DNA of 63,011 nucleotides, counting the filler, from Dirinaria sp. TL-2023a (lineage: Eukaryota): assembly GCA_051941275.1 (NCBI GenBank). It is 6 parts of 6 records of this genome, joined end to end, with 100 filler letters (N's around TTAATTAATTAA, not from the genome) between each part and the next. Parts side by side here need not be neighbours in the genome. Positions count along the whole stretch, not along the records: positions 21,098 to 31,522 come from JAVEBF010000941.1; positions 31,623 to 42,042 come from JAVEBF010000942.1; 4 more parts are not named here. The stretch is one strand, 5' to 3'. Made by a program: the position numbers and the translations under genes. Numbering within the stretch: position 1 is the stretch's first letter; each line of letters opens with the position of its first letter. This document shows, piece by piece, positions 25,278 to 38,594 of this stretch. The notes below the pieces were generated by a model. That model searched no databases, was not told where the DNA came from, and worked only from the letters and a program-made list of their open reading frames with translations.

Positions 25278-28200
25278 TCAAGCATGGGTTCCGATGAAAT
25301 CACTCCACCGCCGAACTTCGGGTGGGATACCTTCACGTCGAGGCAATTTGGCATTCATGCACTGCGCAAAGAGCAGAGCGGTCTACAATCAAATCAGTAT
25401 CTCGAGGAACAGGGCAAAGAACTTCTAGACTAACCCTCGGTTCCATGAATAGGGGCACTCCAAAGTCAACGGCATTCCGCCTCATCACATAATCTTCGTC
25501 TAACAGTGTCCGTCCTCGTTGACTCGCAAGATTGAACACCCCTCGAATGTCGTACTTCTGGAAGACTTCTCGCAGTGCCCTCTTGTCTTCTTTGGGAAAC
25601 TCGATAACTTCCACGGACACTGGGTCCTTCGCCGTCGACTCCAGGTGCTGCTTAACACCAGGATCGGCAGCAAATAGTTTGTACTTCAATGGTCTTAGAT
25701 GCTCGACTATCGCTGCTAACTCGGGTTTGGAGACGTCACCTCCCATAAGGAGGCCTTCGCCTGGTTCTGGCATCCGGAAGTTCATAGTCGACTGGAGCGA
25801 TGCCCAGTACGCTTCGATCAGATCCTTTCCGAAACAGGCGATCTCGCCGGTACTGGACATTTCCACACCGAGGAAGGGGTCGGCACCGGCAAGGCGAGTC
25901 CATGAAAATTGTGGAACCTTTGTGGCCAAGTAGTCTCGCTTCTCAGACATAAGATCAACTGGCTCCGGAACATCGCGGTCGACCAATGCCTTCGTTGCGA
26001 TATCAATGAAGTTGGTCCCGAGGACTTTGCTCACGAAAGGGAATGATCTTGATGCACGAAGATTACATTCAATCACCTTCAAAGCAGGTTCACCTCCCGA
26101 GGGGTCGTCGGCCTTGATAATCTGCATGTTAAAAGGTCCGGTTATGCTCCATGCTTTGGCAACCTTTTCCGCAATTCCCTTGACTCGAGCTTTGACGCTC
26201 TCGTCAAGATTTGCTGGAGGCAAAACCAGGGTCGCGTCACCTGAATGAACTCCGGCATTCTCAACATGCTCGCTGACAGCATGCACAAGAAGCTTGCCCG
26301 CTGATGCCACAGCATCCACGTCAATCTCCTGAGCGTTCTCAATCATTTTCGAGATGACGACCGGGTGGTCCGGCGACACAGCGCTGGCAGAAACAAGCTT
26401 CTCTTTTAACTCATCATGACTTCTGATGACGCTCATGGCCGCTCCAGAGAGCACATAGCTTGGTCGAACGAGTACGGGGTAGGCGACTTCATCTGCGAAC
26501 CTCTCAGCGTCAGCAACAGATGTTAGCTCCTTCCAAGCGGGCTGATCGACACCAATGCTATCGAGAATCTGCGAAAATTTGTGGCGATCTTCTGCCTTGT
26601 CGATGTCTTGGGGATTGGTTCCGAGGACATGAGCTTTCCCCGTCTCCTGAAGTCTCAGGGCGATATTCTGAGGTAATTGACCTCCTACAGACACCACCAC
26701 TCCTGACGCTTGCTCAAGCTCGTAGATGTCCATTACTCTCTCATAACTTAGCTCCTCAAAGTAGAGCTTGTCAGCGGTATCGAAATCAGTCGAATAGGTC
26801 TCGGGGTTGTAGTTAATCATCACGGTTTTCTTGCCCATGGCTCTCAACGAAAGCGTCGCGTTCACCGCACACCAGTCAAATTCGACCGAGCTGCCTATTC
26901 GGTAAACCCCACTACCTAATATGATTGTGCCATGGTCATCGAATGTCACATCGTGCGAAGTTGCGTTATAGGTGGTGTATAGATAGTTGGTGTCTGCTGG
27001 GAACTCCGCAGCAAGCGTGTCGATTTTCTTGACGAAAGGACGAATACCGAAACCCTTCCTCCGAGCTCTAACGTCGTCTTCGGTGCTTCCGACGCACTGA
27101 GCAATCTGCTTGTCAGAGAAGCCCATCTTCTTCGCTTTCCTAAGAAGCTCCTGTTTGAGACCGAAAAGGCTACCAACGTGCTCTAGCTCACGATGCACAT
27201 CAACGATGTTCTGCAACTTGTACAAAAACCATTTATCGATTTTGGTTAATTCGTACACTTTCTCAACGGAGTAATTTTCGTGTAGCATCGCTTGGCCGAC
27301 AGCAAGCCATCTTCGATCCGTGGGGTTGCGTAGAACGTCGTCAAGGTCGTCGAACTTGTCTCCCTGAAAGCCAACAAATTTGGGATCTACTTGACGAATG
27401 GCCTTCTGAATCGACTCTTCGAAGGTTCTGCCTATCGCCATGACTTCGCCAACAGATTTCATGGAACTTCCAATGTCGCGTCTGACATGCTGGAACTTGC
27501 TGAGATCCCATCGTGGGATCTTTGTCACGATATAATCGAGACTTGGCTCAAAATTGGCTGTGGTCGTCTTCGTGACTGCATTTGGCAGTTCCGGGAGCGT
27601 ATGACCTAGGCCAATCTTGGCCGCAGTGTAAGCCAAAGGATAGCCAGTGGCCTTCGAGGCAAGCGCAGAAGACCTTGACAGACGTGCATTCACTTCGATC
27701 ACGCAATAGTCGAGGTTATTGGGGGACATAGCATACTGCACGTTACATTCGCCAACAACGCCCAAGTGCCGCACAATTTTGATTGCAGAGGTTCGAAGCA
27801 TATGGTACTCTTCGTCACTCAGCGTTTGACTGGGAGCCACAACGATACTATCGCCGGTATGTGTTCCTAGAGGGTCGAAGTTTTCCATGTTACACACTGT
27901 GATGCAATTGTTATCAGCATCACGCACTACCTCATACTCCAATTCTTTCCAACCCTTCAGCGACTTTTCAATCAAAATCTGAGGGGATAAAGTGAGCGAC
28001 CTGGACGTTAGATTTTTGAGTTCTTGCTCGTTCTCGGCAAAGCCAGAGCCCAAACCGCCCAGAGCATACGCTGATCGGGATATTATGGGATATCCAATCT
28101 TCCTCGCTGCAGCAAGAGCCTCGTCGACGGTTTTGCACGCAATGGACTCAGCGATGGGGATATTGATCTCCTTCAGAGCTTGGGCGAAGAGATCGCGATC

Positions 28201-28893
28201 CTCGCTTGTACGAAGTGTCTTTATGCTGGTACCTAAGACCTTGACACCAAGTCGCTCAAAGATACCCATCTCGTCCATTTTGACCCCCAGATTGAGGGCA
28301 GTTTGCCCACCAAAACTCAATAATATGCCATCGGGCCTTTCGCGCTCTATAACATATGTTACGTATTCCGGAGTGACTGGCAAATAGTAAACTTCGTCCG
28401 CAAGCTTGTGGTCGGTTTGTATTGTTGCGATATTGGGGTTGATCAGTACCGACGCGACATTTGCTTCTTTCAGCGCTTTCAAGGCTTGCGAACCTATAGT
28501 AAACGGAGATTCACACATTAGCTCAAATGTTTGAAGCATTGGCCTAGCGAGCTCACCTGAATAGTCAAATTCTCCCGCTTGTCCAATGCTCAAGCCTCCG
28601 CTACCTATAACCAAGACTTTCTGAACACCTACTAGATTCTGCTTTCTCCCTATGACGCCGCTTTCAATGTATGCTTGAGCGCTTGGAGCTTCTTGGCCCG
28701 TAATTAGTCTTTTCGCAGAGCTTGTAAACGCCCGCTTAGGCTGAGAGCGCAAGGGGCATAAAGATTTCTTGGGCGAGGCATTTGGAGGTATTCGGACAGC
28801 AAGGAAGGCTCGACGTGCGATTGTGGGGGGCGTAAATGAATGGGTCGAGAAAAGCTGGGGAGACCGGCGCGCCAATCTCCCGTGGAGGGCCAT
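25278..28893 (-). CDS. CPA2: Arginine-specific carbamoyl-phosphate synthase large subunit, mitochondrial
   Basis: Presequence-like N-terminus; VLVIGSGGLSIGQAGEFDYSG, two ATP-grasp domains, MGS domain; last exon TALLFAQC...EVRRWSDFIGTHA*. Confidence 0.96.
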
Positions 28894-29585
28894 GGTCGAG
28901 AAGATTGAGGCTCAAGGCGCCAATTGAAGAGAAGGATAGTAGAAGACCTTATGAAACCTGAGCCCGGGTGCAGGACGCACCACGGGCGTTTACTGGCAGC
29001 TCAGCAGAATAGTGGAGCGGTTAACCCCAAAGGTGCATCGAAGTACGGTAGATATGGGTAAAACCGTCTGAGCAAGGAAGACTCGGCGATTGAAGCAGTC
29101 AGGGAGATTAGACCGATTTCTACAGACTTCGAAAGAGTGTTAAAAAACTTTTTCAATCGCAAGAGGAAAATTCAATTGAAATTTTGCGTGCGGAGAAATC
29201 CGAGCACAATACTTTTTTTTCGCATGCCAAGCGTCTGACGGCATCGAGCAGCACTAGGTTAAAGTACTAAGGTACTTACAGTACATACCTAAGGTACCTT
29301 ATGTAGGTATCTTGAACGTGATTTAGGTAAGGTCGAGTACAGTACCTTACTTAATCGCAGCCCCTAGTCTAGTGGCCTTATGAGACAGATCCAAGGTAAT
29401 GTCAATGTACGTGTGCCCTGATTATGTGTTGTTAAGAAAGGAAAGGAGCAGAGATAATTTCAATTTCCTATGTACATGTTGGTTTCGTGATTATGAGTGA
29501 CTTCTCCTCCTCTCCTAACAAATGCTAAGTCCCAAGTGGTATGAATCTCAGGACGATCGCTCACCAGCCATCTTAGTAGTATACA

Positions 29586-31522
29586 TTATGCGGTAATTAG
29601 CCTCAAACTTTCATTCTCCAGCGGCAACCCTATCTCTTCTGCTGCGTCCTTAACCTTCAGCAGGACCATCTCTCGGTCTTCTGTCGTTTGGAGCATGACC
29701 ATGTAAAGGAGTCTAGCAAGAACGAGGATGAGCTCCTCCCCTTTCTGCTCTTCATTGAATGCATTTGGGTCCATCTGTTGCTGCCCAAGCGTTTCTGCTC
29801 GCTGCTCGGTAATTAAGTGGAATAGCTGCATCGTCTTTTGCAAGTTATCTTTGCTCCTAAGTTGGGCTGCAGGCGCTCTTCGACGGCGGCTCGGTCGAGG
29901 TACTGCTCCGTCAATCCCGCGACGAGCTACCTGAAGCGCGACCAGACGAACCGTGTCATCATTGGGATATAAATGAATAATCTTCTTGAGTGCGTAGAGC
30001 GCAACTATAGTCCCTTCGAGGTCATGGCTGAGACACATGCAACGTATTATCTGCTCATACAGCTCTTTGCTGGCGCTTTCACGCACTTCCCGTCGAGCGC
30101 CTTGGCCGAGTTGGTTATACCAGGAGAGCATCTCACCGAGAATGCGACGAGGCTTGGGGAATTTACGAGAAGCATTGGCTAAATTTTTGTCCAAATTTCT
30201 TTTCTCGCAATCCCAAAGACAGGCAAAAGATTCAGTGTCTGGCGAAATGTACCTAGGCCTATCGATGTAAACATTCCACGCCCGATCCTCCCTGTCTTCG
30301 CGAAGTTCAGCGTACATCAGATGATTCATCCAATACGTGTTCGGGGGTATTTCGGCTTTTGAGAGATTTGTTTTGAGAATGTCGACCTGCTTGTGTAGTC
30401 CACGGCGCTGGTAGTCCAACAAAAGCAGGCAGAACGTTTCAATGGTCGCTGGAGGGATACTCCGGAAAGAAGCGATTTTGGCGGCGGGAGTTGGGACTGT
30501 CACTCTGGGACTTTCTCGCACTGTGGCCTGTCCCCGGCGTTCTCTGACAAAATCCAGGCGTCTATGGATCATGGACCAAGCTAGTTGGTCAGCTCTCGCC
30601 CTTTCCTCTGCGTTACCGTTTCGAAGCCATGCGCCAATCATGCCATTCAAATGTTTCGCATCCGGTTTGACGCCACGCTCCATCATCAGCTCGATAACCG
30701 AGGCCGCCGCATCAAGCTCACCATTACCAATCAACAATTTCAACCAGCTTCCATAGAAGAACTTATTTTGATACCTCCGAGGCATCGCGGTAAGAGCTGT
30801 CAGAGAGACAAGGTTGAGCTTGCTGGAATCGGCGCTCTGGGTTTGCATATCACTAACAATACCCAACGCTTTGTTGTAGAGCTCTACTGAATTGTGACTT
30901 TCGGCCTCTCCGGATAGTATAAGATCTTTGAACACTGCAAGAGCAACTTCAGTTCGTCCAGAGTTAATAAAGCTCATTATAACACTTTGGTAGTCTTCGA
31001 TGCGTATATTAGTGTCAAGCTCCTTGCGCAAACGTATGTATAGCGCCCATGCTCGCTTGACGCTGTCTTCGTCGCCCTTATTTGCCCAAGCTACAAGCAC
31101 AGGAAGTAAAATAGGGACTTTAAGGTCTTGATCTGCTTGAGGCAGCAGTTCCAAAGCCAGTTCTTGAGCTTGCTCAGGTTTCCCATCTTCTGCGTACATG
31201 CGTACCCCTAAAGAGCCAAAAGCCAAGCGAATATGATCATCCTCGGACAGGAGCACCCTTCGATTCTCCCACTGGGTTCTAGCTTCTTGGATTTGTCCCA
31301 ACTTGATCAGTGAATCGATGTAGAGAAGTGCTTCGTCTTTGATCAATTCTTTCCCACTTCCAAGCACCTCTGTTGCTATGGCACACACATGCATTGGGCT
31401 ATGTACATCATCAGCGTTCCTTTCGCTCTCGAATAAGACTCTGTAGATACTCCTTGGCGCCAGGTGGAGGAAGGGCGGGAGGTTCCGCTTAGCGGCATCG
31501 AATGCTCTCCACAATTTATTGC
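29586..31522 (-). CDS. Pentatricopeptide-repeat (PPR) protein, 5'-truncated by the contig end
   Basis: 642-aa helical ORF with PPR-like units (ELMMERGVKPDAKHLNGMIGAW, IPPNTYWMNHLMYA, PDTESFACLW). Confidence 0.8.
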
Positions 31523-31622
31523 NNNNNNNNNNNNNNNNNNNNNNNNNNNNNNNNNNNNNNNNNNNNTTAATTAATTAANNNNNNNNNNNNNNNNNNNNNN
31601 NNNNNNNNNNNNNNNNNNNNNN
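31523..31622. other. Artificial contig spacer
   Basis: 44N-TTAATTAATTAA-44N. Confidence 0.98.
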
Positions 31623-31723
31623 CCTGCTCGCCTATGTGCCTGCCCTTCGGGAGGGGGGGGGGAATATGGATCGATGGGGCGAAAAGCAAATAAATGTTCC
31701 AACAAAATAAAAAGCGTCCAGTA

Positions 31724-34700
31724 TCACTGATACTTGCGTAACTAAGCCAAAAAAAGAATCAAATTAGTACACACACTCGTTAACGTAGAAAACGAAAGTG
31801 AACTTACATCCAACGTCAAAGCCTTACTGCTATTCGCGCCCTGGTCCCTGTAGATCCCGATCAGCGCCTCGCTGTTCTGGAACAGGCCCGTCTTGAGGCT
31901 GATGACGATGAACTGCATGCCCGGCCCGGCGTGGTCGCGGATGTAGTTTGCGATCTTCGCCACGTTGGCGTTGTCCAGCGCGGCGTCGACTTCGTCGAGC
32001 ACGAAGAAGGGCGAAGGTTGGTAGCTGTGCACGGCGAAGAGGAGCGCCAACGCGGCCATGGTTTTCTCGCCGCCGGACAGGTGGTCCATGTCGCGGAACC
32101 GCTTGAGGGGCGGCATGGCGTGGTACTTGATCCCCGAGAGGTAGGGCTCGTCCGAGTCTTCGATGTCCAGGTACCTGTTTTGGGTTATTTTGTCAGCACG
32201 TTTATTTACTTTCTGTTTTGGGGGAAAAATAAATCTTTCCAATGGGATGGGACTCACGCTTGGCCTCCCATAGGCAGGCGCTCCTCCCGGGTCAGATCTC
32301 TGTAGATGGGTCCGATTTGCTCCGAGATGTGCGAGAAGGCTTTACTGAACAGCTCGAAGCGCTTGGCTTTGACCTCGCCGAACTGGTCTTTGGCATCTTT
32401 GGCACGTTTGCGAGCAGTCTCGTACTCGGTATCTGTAGCCTTCAGCCGCTCTTTGACGGATTCAAAGCGTTCGTTGGCACGCATGTTCGGGGTCAGGCTT
32501 TCTAGCTCGGTGGCTAAGGCTTTGATGCGATCTTCGAGATCCTTTTCGATCCTCGGCTCGTCGCTCTGCGCAAAATGTCAGCATTGATAGCCTGAGATGA
32601 ATCTTTGGCTCTCTCCCACCTCTCTTATGTCCTCGTCAAGCTCGTCGAAGTCGATGTCAATGCCGTAATCTTGTATGTCTGATGTTTGGAAAGCGGTGGC
32701 ATCCGGATCCTCGTCCACGTCCATGGCATCTGGATCCGCTTGGACGATGTCGATCGGCAACTGATCGAGGCCTCTCGAGTCTTCTTGGAGCGGCAGATTG
32801 ATGTTTTCAAGCTTGCACCGCCGTAGGAGCGTGTACTTGTTGGCTGCGTTAAGTTGCCTGTCCGCTTCAAGGCTCTGTATAGACTTGAGTGTATTTTCGA
32901 CGTCTTTACCCCTCTTCTGGGCTTCTCGGCGTTGTTCGGTGACCTTCTCCACTTTCTTGGTGTTTTTGCTCTTCTGCTGCTCTAGTTGCTCAGTAAGCTC
33001 CTCAAGTTCAGCATTCAAGGTGTCTAGATCGTTCTGCGTCGATTCTTTCTCTACCTCGAGCTCTTGAATCAAAGCTGCGTCTTGCTGAGCTTTCTCCTCA
33101 AGCGACGTCATTCTCTTTGTCGTTTCATCGAGCTGCTGTTGTTCGTAATTCATCCTACTCTCCAAACGGCTCTTTTGTGTGCTGAACTCCAGTTTCTTTT
33201 GCGCGCCTTCTTGTTGAAGAGAGCCTTGCTGTGCTTCATAGACTCTAATATTAGCATACCCTAGGCGACGACAGAAAGCACGGAATATGCCATCTTCGAC
33301 TTCGCTGACAGCATCTTGGTACTCCTGCAAGTTAGTCTTCAGGTTTTGCAGGTCCCTCAGCTTCTCGTCATATTTAGGTTCAGCACCAGCCAGCTCTCCT
33401 TCAGCATATTTGAGTTCTTTCTGTTTGCTAGCTTCATTTCGGTCATTCGCCTTTACCTCATCGTTTAGGTAACTTAGCTTTTGTTCGAGACCGGTCAGTT
33501 CGCCTTGAAGAATCTCTTCCTGCGAGGTACCACGACGAGACTCTGGCAGTGCTTGGAGCTCTGACACAAGCTTGTCCTTCAGCTTACGGAGGTTGTCTAC
33601 CTCTGTATCCTCCCAACGCCTAGAGTCCTGCTTTCCCCCCTGCCCACCAGTCATATTGCCACCCTTGTGAATGATAGAGCCATCCAGCGTGACAGCTTTG
33701 ACATCATTGCGCTTTTCCCAGCAAATATGCTTGGCGATTGACAGATCGTCACAAATAATAGCATTGCCGCAAACGTATTGTACTGCACGCTCCAACGAAC
33801 GCTCGTAATTGATTGCATCAACGGCCATTCTGCTACCGCGGTGAGCACCCTTGAGACTTGGATTTGCTGCCGTGAATTGTATTGTGTCTAGAGGTATGAA
33901 AGTCGCCTGGCCTCTTCGTTGCTCTCGAAGGTACTGGATACAGTCTATTGCTGTCCTCTCATTCTCTACTATGACAGCGTCGAAATTGCGGCCGAGCACT
34001 GTGCTAACGGCGGTCCCATAACGTTTCTCAGTTGGCTTGCAAAGTTCGCTGACACGACCTTTGACACCGGGGAACATACGCTTGATATCAGCGACGGTCT
34101 GCCTGAGTCGGACTTCTTTCTCGTTCTGCTTTCGCCCGTCTTCAGCGTCTAGGAGCTTGGTGAGCACCTCTTGAAGCTTCTCATCCTTCTCAGTCCGGAT
34201 CTGGGCCAAACGTAGGCGCTCAGAGTTGTGTTCATTGAAGGCTTTCTTCTTCTCCGCGATCTCTTTTGCTGTCTGCTTCACTTGGGTCTGCACGCTGTTC
34301 TTGCGCTCGCGAATAACACTGAGCTCGCTTTCCAGACGCTGAATCTGCCACTGGGCGGACTCGACTTTGCTCTTTAAGCTATTAACAGTTTCTTCATCCC
34401 CTCGCAATTGGCGGCTCAGATTGCTAGCTTTATTCTGATCAGAAGAAGTTCGCTTGTTGACGTCTTCTTTGAGCCTGTTGTACTCCTGTACGTCGGCCTC
34501 GCTCAACTCACGACCCTCTTGCTCGGCTAATTTTCTAAAGTCGCTTTCCCATTGCGCTTGCGCTTTCTCGACAACCTTCAAGTCTTTACTAGAATGTTTG
34601 ACACTAGTCGCATGGCTATCGCGTTCTTTCGCGATGTCGGCCTGGCGCGTTTTGCACTTCTTAATATTCTTGTTCGTGATCTCGATCTTTTCGGAGATGG

Positions 34701-35822
34701 GGACGAGTCCGTTCTCTTTAGCCTCAATGGCTTTCTCTTTTTCTTTGATGTTCTTCTCCGTTCTACTAACATCCCTGCCAAATTTAGCTTGGTCCTTCTT
34801 TGCTTCCTCAAGAGCGCGATCATATTTCTCAACGCCACGCCTCTGCTCTTTCAGTTCTTCTTGATGTTTCTGAATTTCGGCCTCGGACTCCTCGATGACT
34901 CGTTGAAAATGGTACAGCTTCCAGAGAATGTGTGTAACGATCGCTTGATCTCTCTCATCAGCCTTCTTGGCATAATCCTCGGCCTCACGCCTTTGCTCTT
35001 GGTATTGCTTCAGCTCTGAGTTGATACCTCGACGGCGATGTAATGTGAAGTTCTGCTGATCGAGGGTTTCGTCTTGAACTTCCTTCAAACGCTCATATTC
35101 CGCTTTGTATTCGAGACTTCCAGAGATCTGTTCAATGAGGCGAGTCAGGTCCCGTGGTGACTGCGACGCGATAGCCTCAACATCTCCCTGGAAAACCAGA
35201 AAGTTGCGCGCTTTGATCAAGATGTTCTCTGACTCCAAAGCCTCGTTATACTGTTGAGCGGTCACGGCGCGGTCATTGATGCGGTATTCGCTGGCACCTT
35301 GGTTGGTAATTGTACGCTTCCACAGCTGTTCATCTCCTGCGTCGTCCTCGTATACGGCCATAACCCAAGCGCTTTTAGGATCATTCCTCTCCTGTGTACC
35401 ATTCAGGTTACCCTCATCATCAGATGCCACGTCGCCGTTGGCATGGCCATTGACTCCATTTGTAGTGGCTGAGCCATCTCCGTTAATCTTTGACGTGCGC
35501 AATACGCGTCCTCTGTAGACTAGATCTCGAAGATGCGCCGAGCGTAGGTGAGAAGACTTGATACCTAAGACGAAAGATATGGCATCCATCCTATACCGAT
35601 TAGCGTCACTTGCTTAGGGTGCCAGAGCAAGGTGATTCGCTCACGAATTCGACTTGCCGGATCCATTGGGACCGATGACCGATGTGAAGTAATTGTCGCT
35701 GAGCAACAATACATGGTGGCCTTTATAGGACTTGAAATCTGCAGGATTATCAGCTACATGTTCGTTATCAACATCGGACGGCGGCGCATACTATACAGTT
35801 CAAGACGTATGAGTTTCCCCAT
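31724..35822 (-). CDS. SMC1: Cohesin subunit SMC1, multi-exon
   Basis: MGKLIRLELY|NFKSYKG, Walker A GPNGSGKSN, coiled coils, hinge (GVKGRVSELC, GQATFIPLD), signature LSGGEKT, Walker B FFVLDEVDAALD, end LDLRKYQ*. Confidence 0.97.
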
Positions 35823-36198
35823 GGTAGCGGGAGGCTGTTGCCTGCTGCAGTGACCGGCTAGACCTCAGCAGGGTATACGATTTGGTGAAAATAACGTTTC
35901 AGATGTATCCTTCAATATGATCAAAACTTCACTGTCGAAGGAGAGATGACGCGACTCCAGGTGGACGCGTTTGTGGGGAACCCTACCTTAGCCTGAAGCC
36001 TAGAAACTAGTCCTGTTGAAGATAAACCTCGGCCATGCAGTCATTCACCATTCAGATATGCTCAACTGACCACGTTCTCCTTTTTGTGCTTGTAGACTAC
36101 CATACTGTTGCGTATCTTGTAGACTATTACTACTTGCACCCTCCTTCCTCTCCACCACCTAGCCACTGTGTTCTTCCTGATGTCCAGCCCTTGCAACC

Positions 36199-38095
36199 AT
36201 GTCGGAGCCTGTTAACATAAAGAAGACACAGTCAGATACCGTACTTCCGCACGACAATCTCTCTCCTGGAATAGCGCGGACGACTACGAATGGTTCTTCA
36301 ACCTCTTCGCCATCAAGAGAGTCTCCCAATCTGATCGGAGAAACGTCGACCTTGTCATCCACCCCGCCGAGCCCCGAATCTCTTTCACGAAACGCCTCAT
36401 TCTCTACGAAGAATGACAATAATGATGATTGGGAAGCATACCCGCCTATAGAGCGCCTCACCGTCTTCGATCTCTTCGACAATCTCGCATTGCCTCAACG
36501 CCTCGAGAGCTGGCAGAACAAGATCAATGCGCAAACAGAGAAGGTACGGCGGCAACGAGAAAAGTTGAAATTGTCAGGACGTTCGGCGAAGGACAGAGTC
36601 GTGGAGGAATGGCGACGGCGCCTCCCCCCACCTGACGAACAAATCGACAAGTATAGGAAACGCATGAGAGATTCCGTGGATCGACTAGGCGCCAGATGGA
36701 ACGATACCAAAGCCGTGACAGCGAGGGAGAAGTTGGCGTTCATCGCTGGCGTCTTAAACGTGTTCATCAGTGGTTATCTCGTCGGGGCGCATCCAGAGAT
36801 GTTCTACTACTGGTTTACGGCGCAGCTATGCTACTTCATGCCGATTCGATACTACACGTACCATGCACGAGGCTACCATTATTTCCGTGAGTTCGAAAAA
36901 CTTTTTTTTTTTAGCGATTCTTCCTCTCAGGCCAAAGCTGATCGATTCCAAGTGGCTGATATGTGTTATTTCGTCAATCTCCTCTTGCTGCTCACAATAT
37001 GGGTGGCGCCACAATCGAAAAGGCTCTTCATAAGCACCTACTGCCTTGCATACGGTAATAACGCCGTGGCAATAGCCATGTGGAGAAATAGCGTGAGTTA
37101 TCTGTTCAGACTTCCCTGTACCAAATACGAAGTCAAATCATACCTCAATCCATATCCTTGTGCCTGTCATTTCAAGCCGTACCTTGTTGCTCTCCCTTCT
37201 TTGGACCAGCCAACACTGACTCCGGCCTTCTTCTAGATGGTTTTCCACTCCTTGGACAAAGTTACCAGGTAGGTGCCCCTGCTTACATGGCTAATGAGAT
37301 ACTAATAACCTCAGCTTGTTTATCCATATAATGCCGCCAGTCACCCTGCACTGTCTTGTTCATCTTACACCTGCATCGATTCAGAAAGCGCGCTTTCCAG
37401 CCGTGTACGCCATCAAGTATAGTTCGCCGGACAGACCCGAGCATTACGACCTGTGGGCGATGATGTTTTGGGCCACATTTCCATACGCGGTGTGGCAATT
37501 GTCATACCATTTCTTCATCACCGTGAGGCGGCGGGAGAAGATCGCCGCCGGACGTCCTACCTCGTTCACTTGGCTGCGCAAATCTTACGCCAATACCTGG
37601 ATCGGGCGATTGATCCTATCCCTTCCAGAGAGCCTTCACGAACCTGCATTCATGCTCACGCAATACGCGTACGCGCTTGCAACGATGATACCCTGCCCGA
37701 TCTGGTTCTGGTATCGCTGGCCAAGCGCGATCTTCCTCTTAACTGTGTTCGTCTGGAGCGTGTACAATGGAGCTACGTTCTACATCGACGTATTTGGGAA
37801 AAGGTTCCAAAAAGAGCTCGAGCAGTTGAAGCAAGACATGGCCAAATGGCAGAACAGCGTCGATGGAGCCGCCAGTCCGGTCCAGACTTCAAAGACCGAT
37901 GCAACAAAGCCCAGCGATATGGAGGCAAGGGATTCAATCTGTGCCGGTGATTCTACGAAAGGGGTGGCCCACAAATCCAGCATTGATCGAATACCTCTGC
38001 TGGATGGGAAGGTTGAAGGGGCTCATTCATCTGGAATGGATGGAGGAGGAGAAGGCCATGGTGGCAGTCGAGAACGCACGCAATCGGATAAATGA
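36199..38095 (+). CDS. GPC1: Glycerophosphocholine acyltransferase-like membrane protein (DUF2838), 4 exons
   Basis: REKLAFIAGVLNVF, GYHYFLADMCYFVN, AIAMWRNS|MVFHSLDKVTS|LFIHIMPP, GRPTSFTWL, NGATFYIDVFG. Confidence 0.88.
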
Positions 38096-38594
38096 TATCC
38101 ATTTGCAATCTGGGCGGTGTTTAGGGGAAAGGCGGAATTCTTCTCATCGCAAATTCGCGAACACAATGATACCCTAAGCAACTTAGCGCTGACCGCATGT
38201 TTGAATCAGAGATTATTATTTTTTTGTGAGAAAATAGTCCGTCTTTTTGGGCAATGTACATGTAGGTGAACCTGTCTAATGATCTTTGCTTACCTCCTTA
38301 GCCCGCATCGAGACGCTGGGTGTAAGTTGCCATTAAGATGAGGAGTCGTTCTCGATTTTATGTAAGCATTGCGAAGTGGTTCGAGAAATTGCTCGGAATT
38401 TTTTCCCCCAAAAGAGGAAACAAAAAACTTGCCCACATGATTTAAATGGTTAAGTAAAAGTCCTCAGTATTGTTTTTCCAGGTAAGATGAGTGGTCAATG
38501 CTCTCGGACCAGATAATATCGACGAGACACAGATTTGCCCATGCGATATTATCGAATTTAGGATCAATGAAAATCTCTCAGATGAGCCATCTCA

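Noticed and set aside
28894..29230. Arginine attenuator peptide uORF
   Set aside because: No AAP-like peptide is visible, and AAP belongs to the small-subunit gene.
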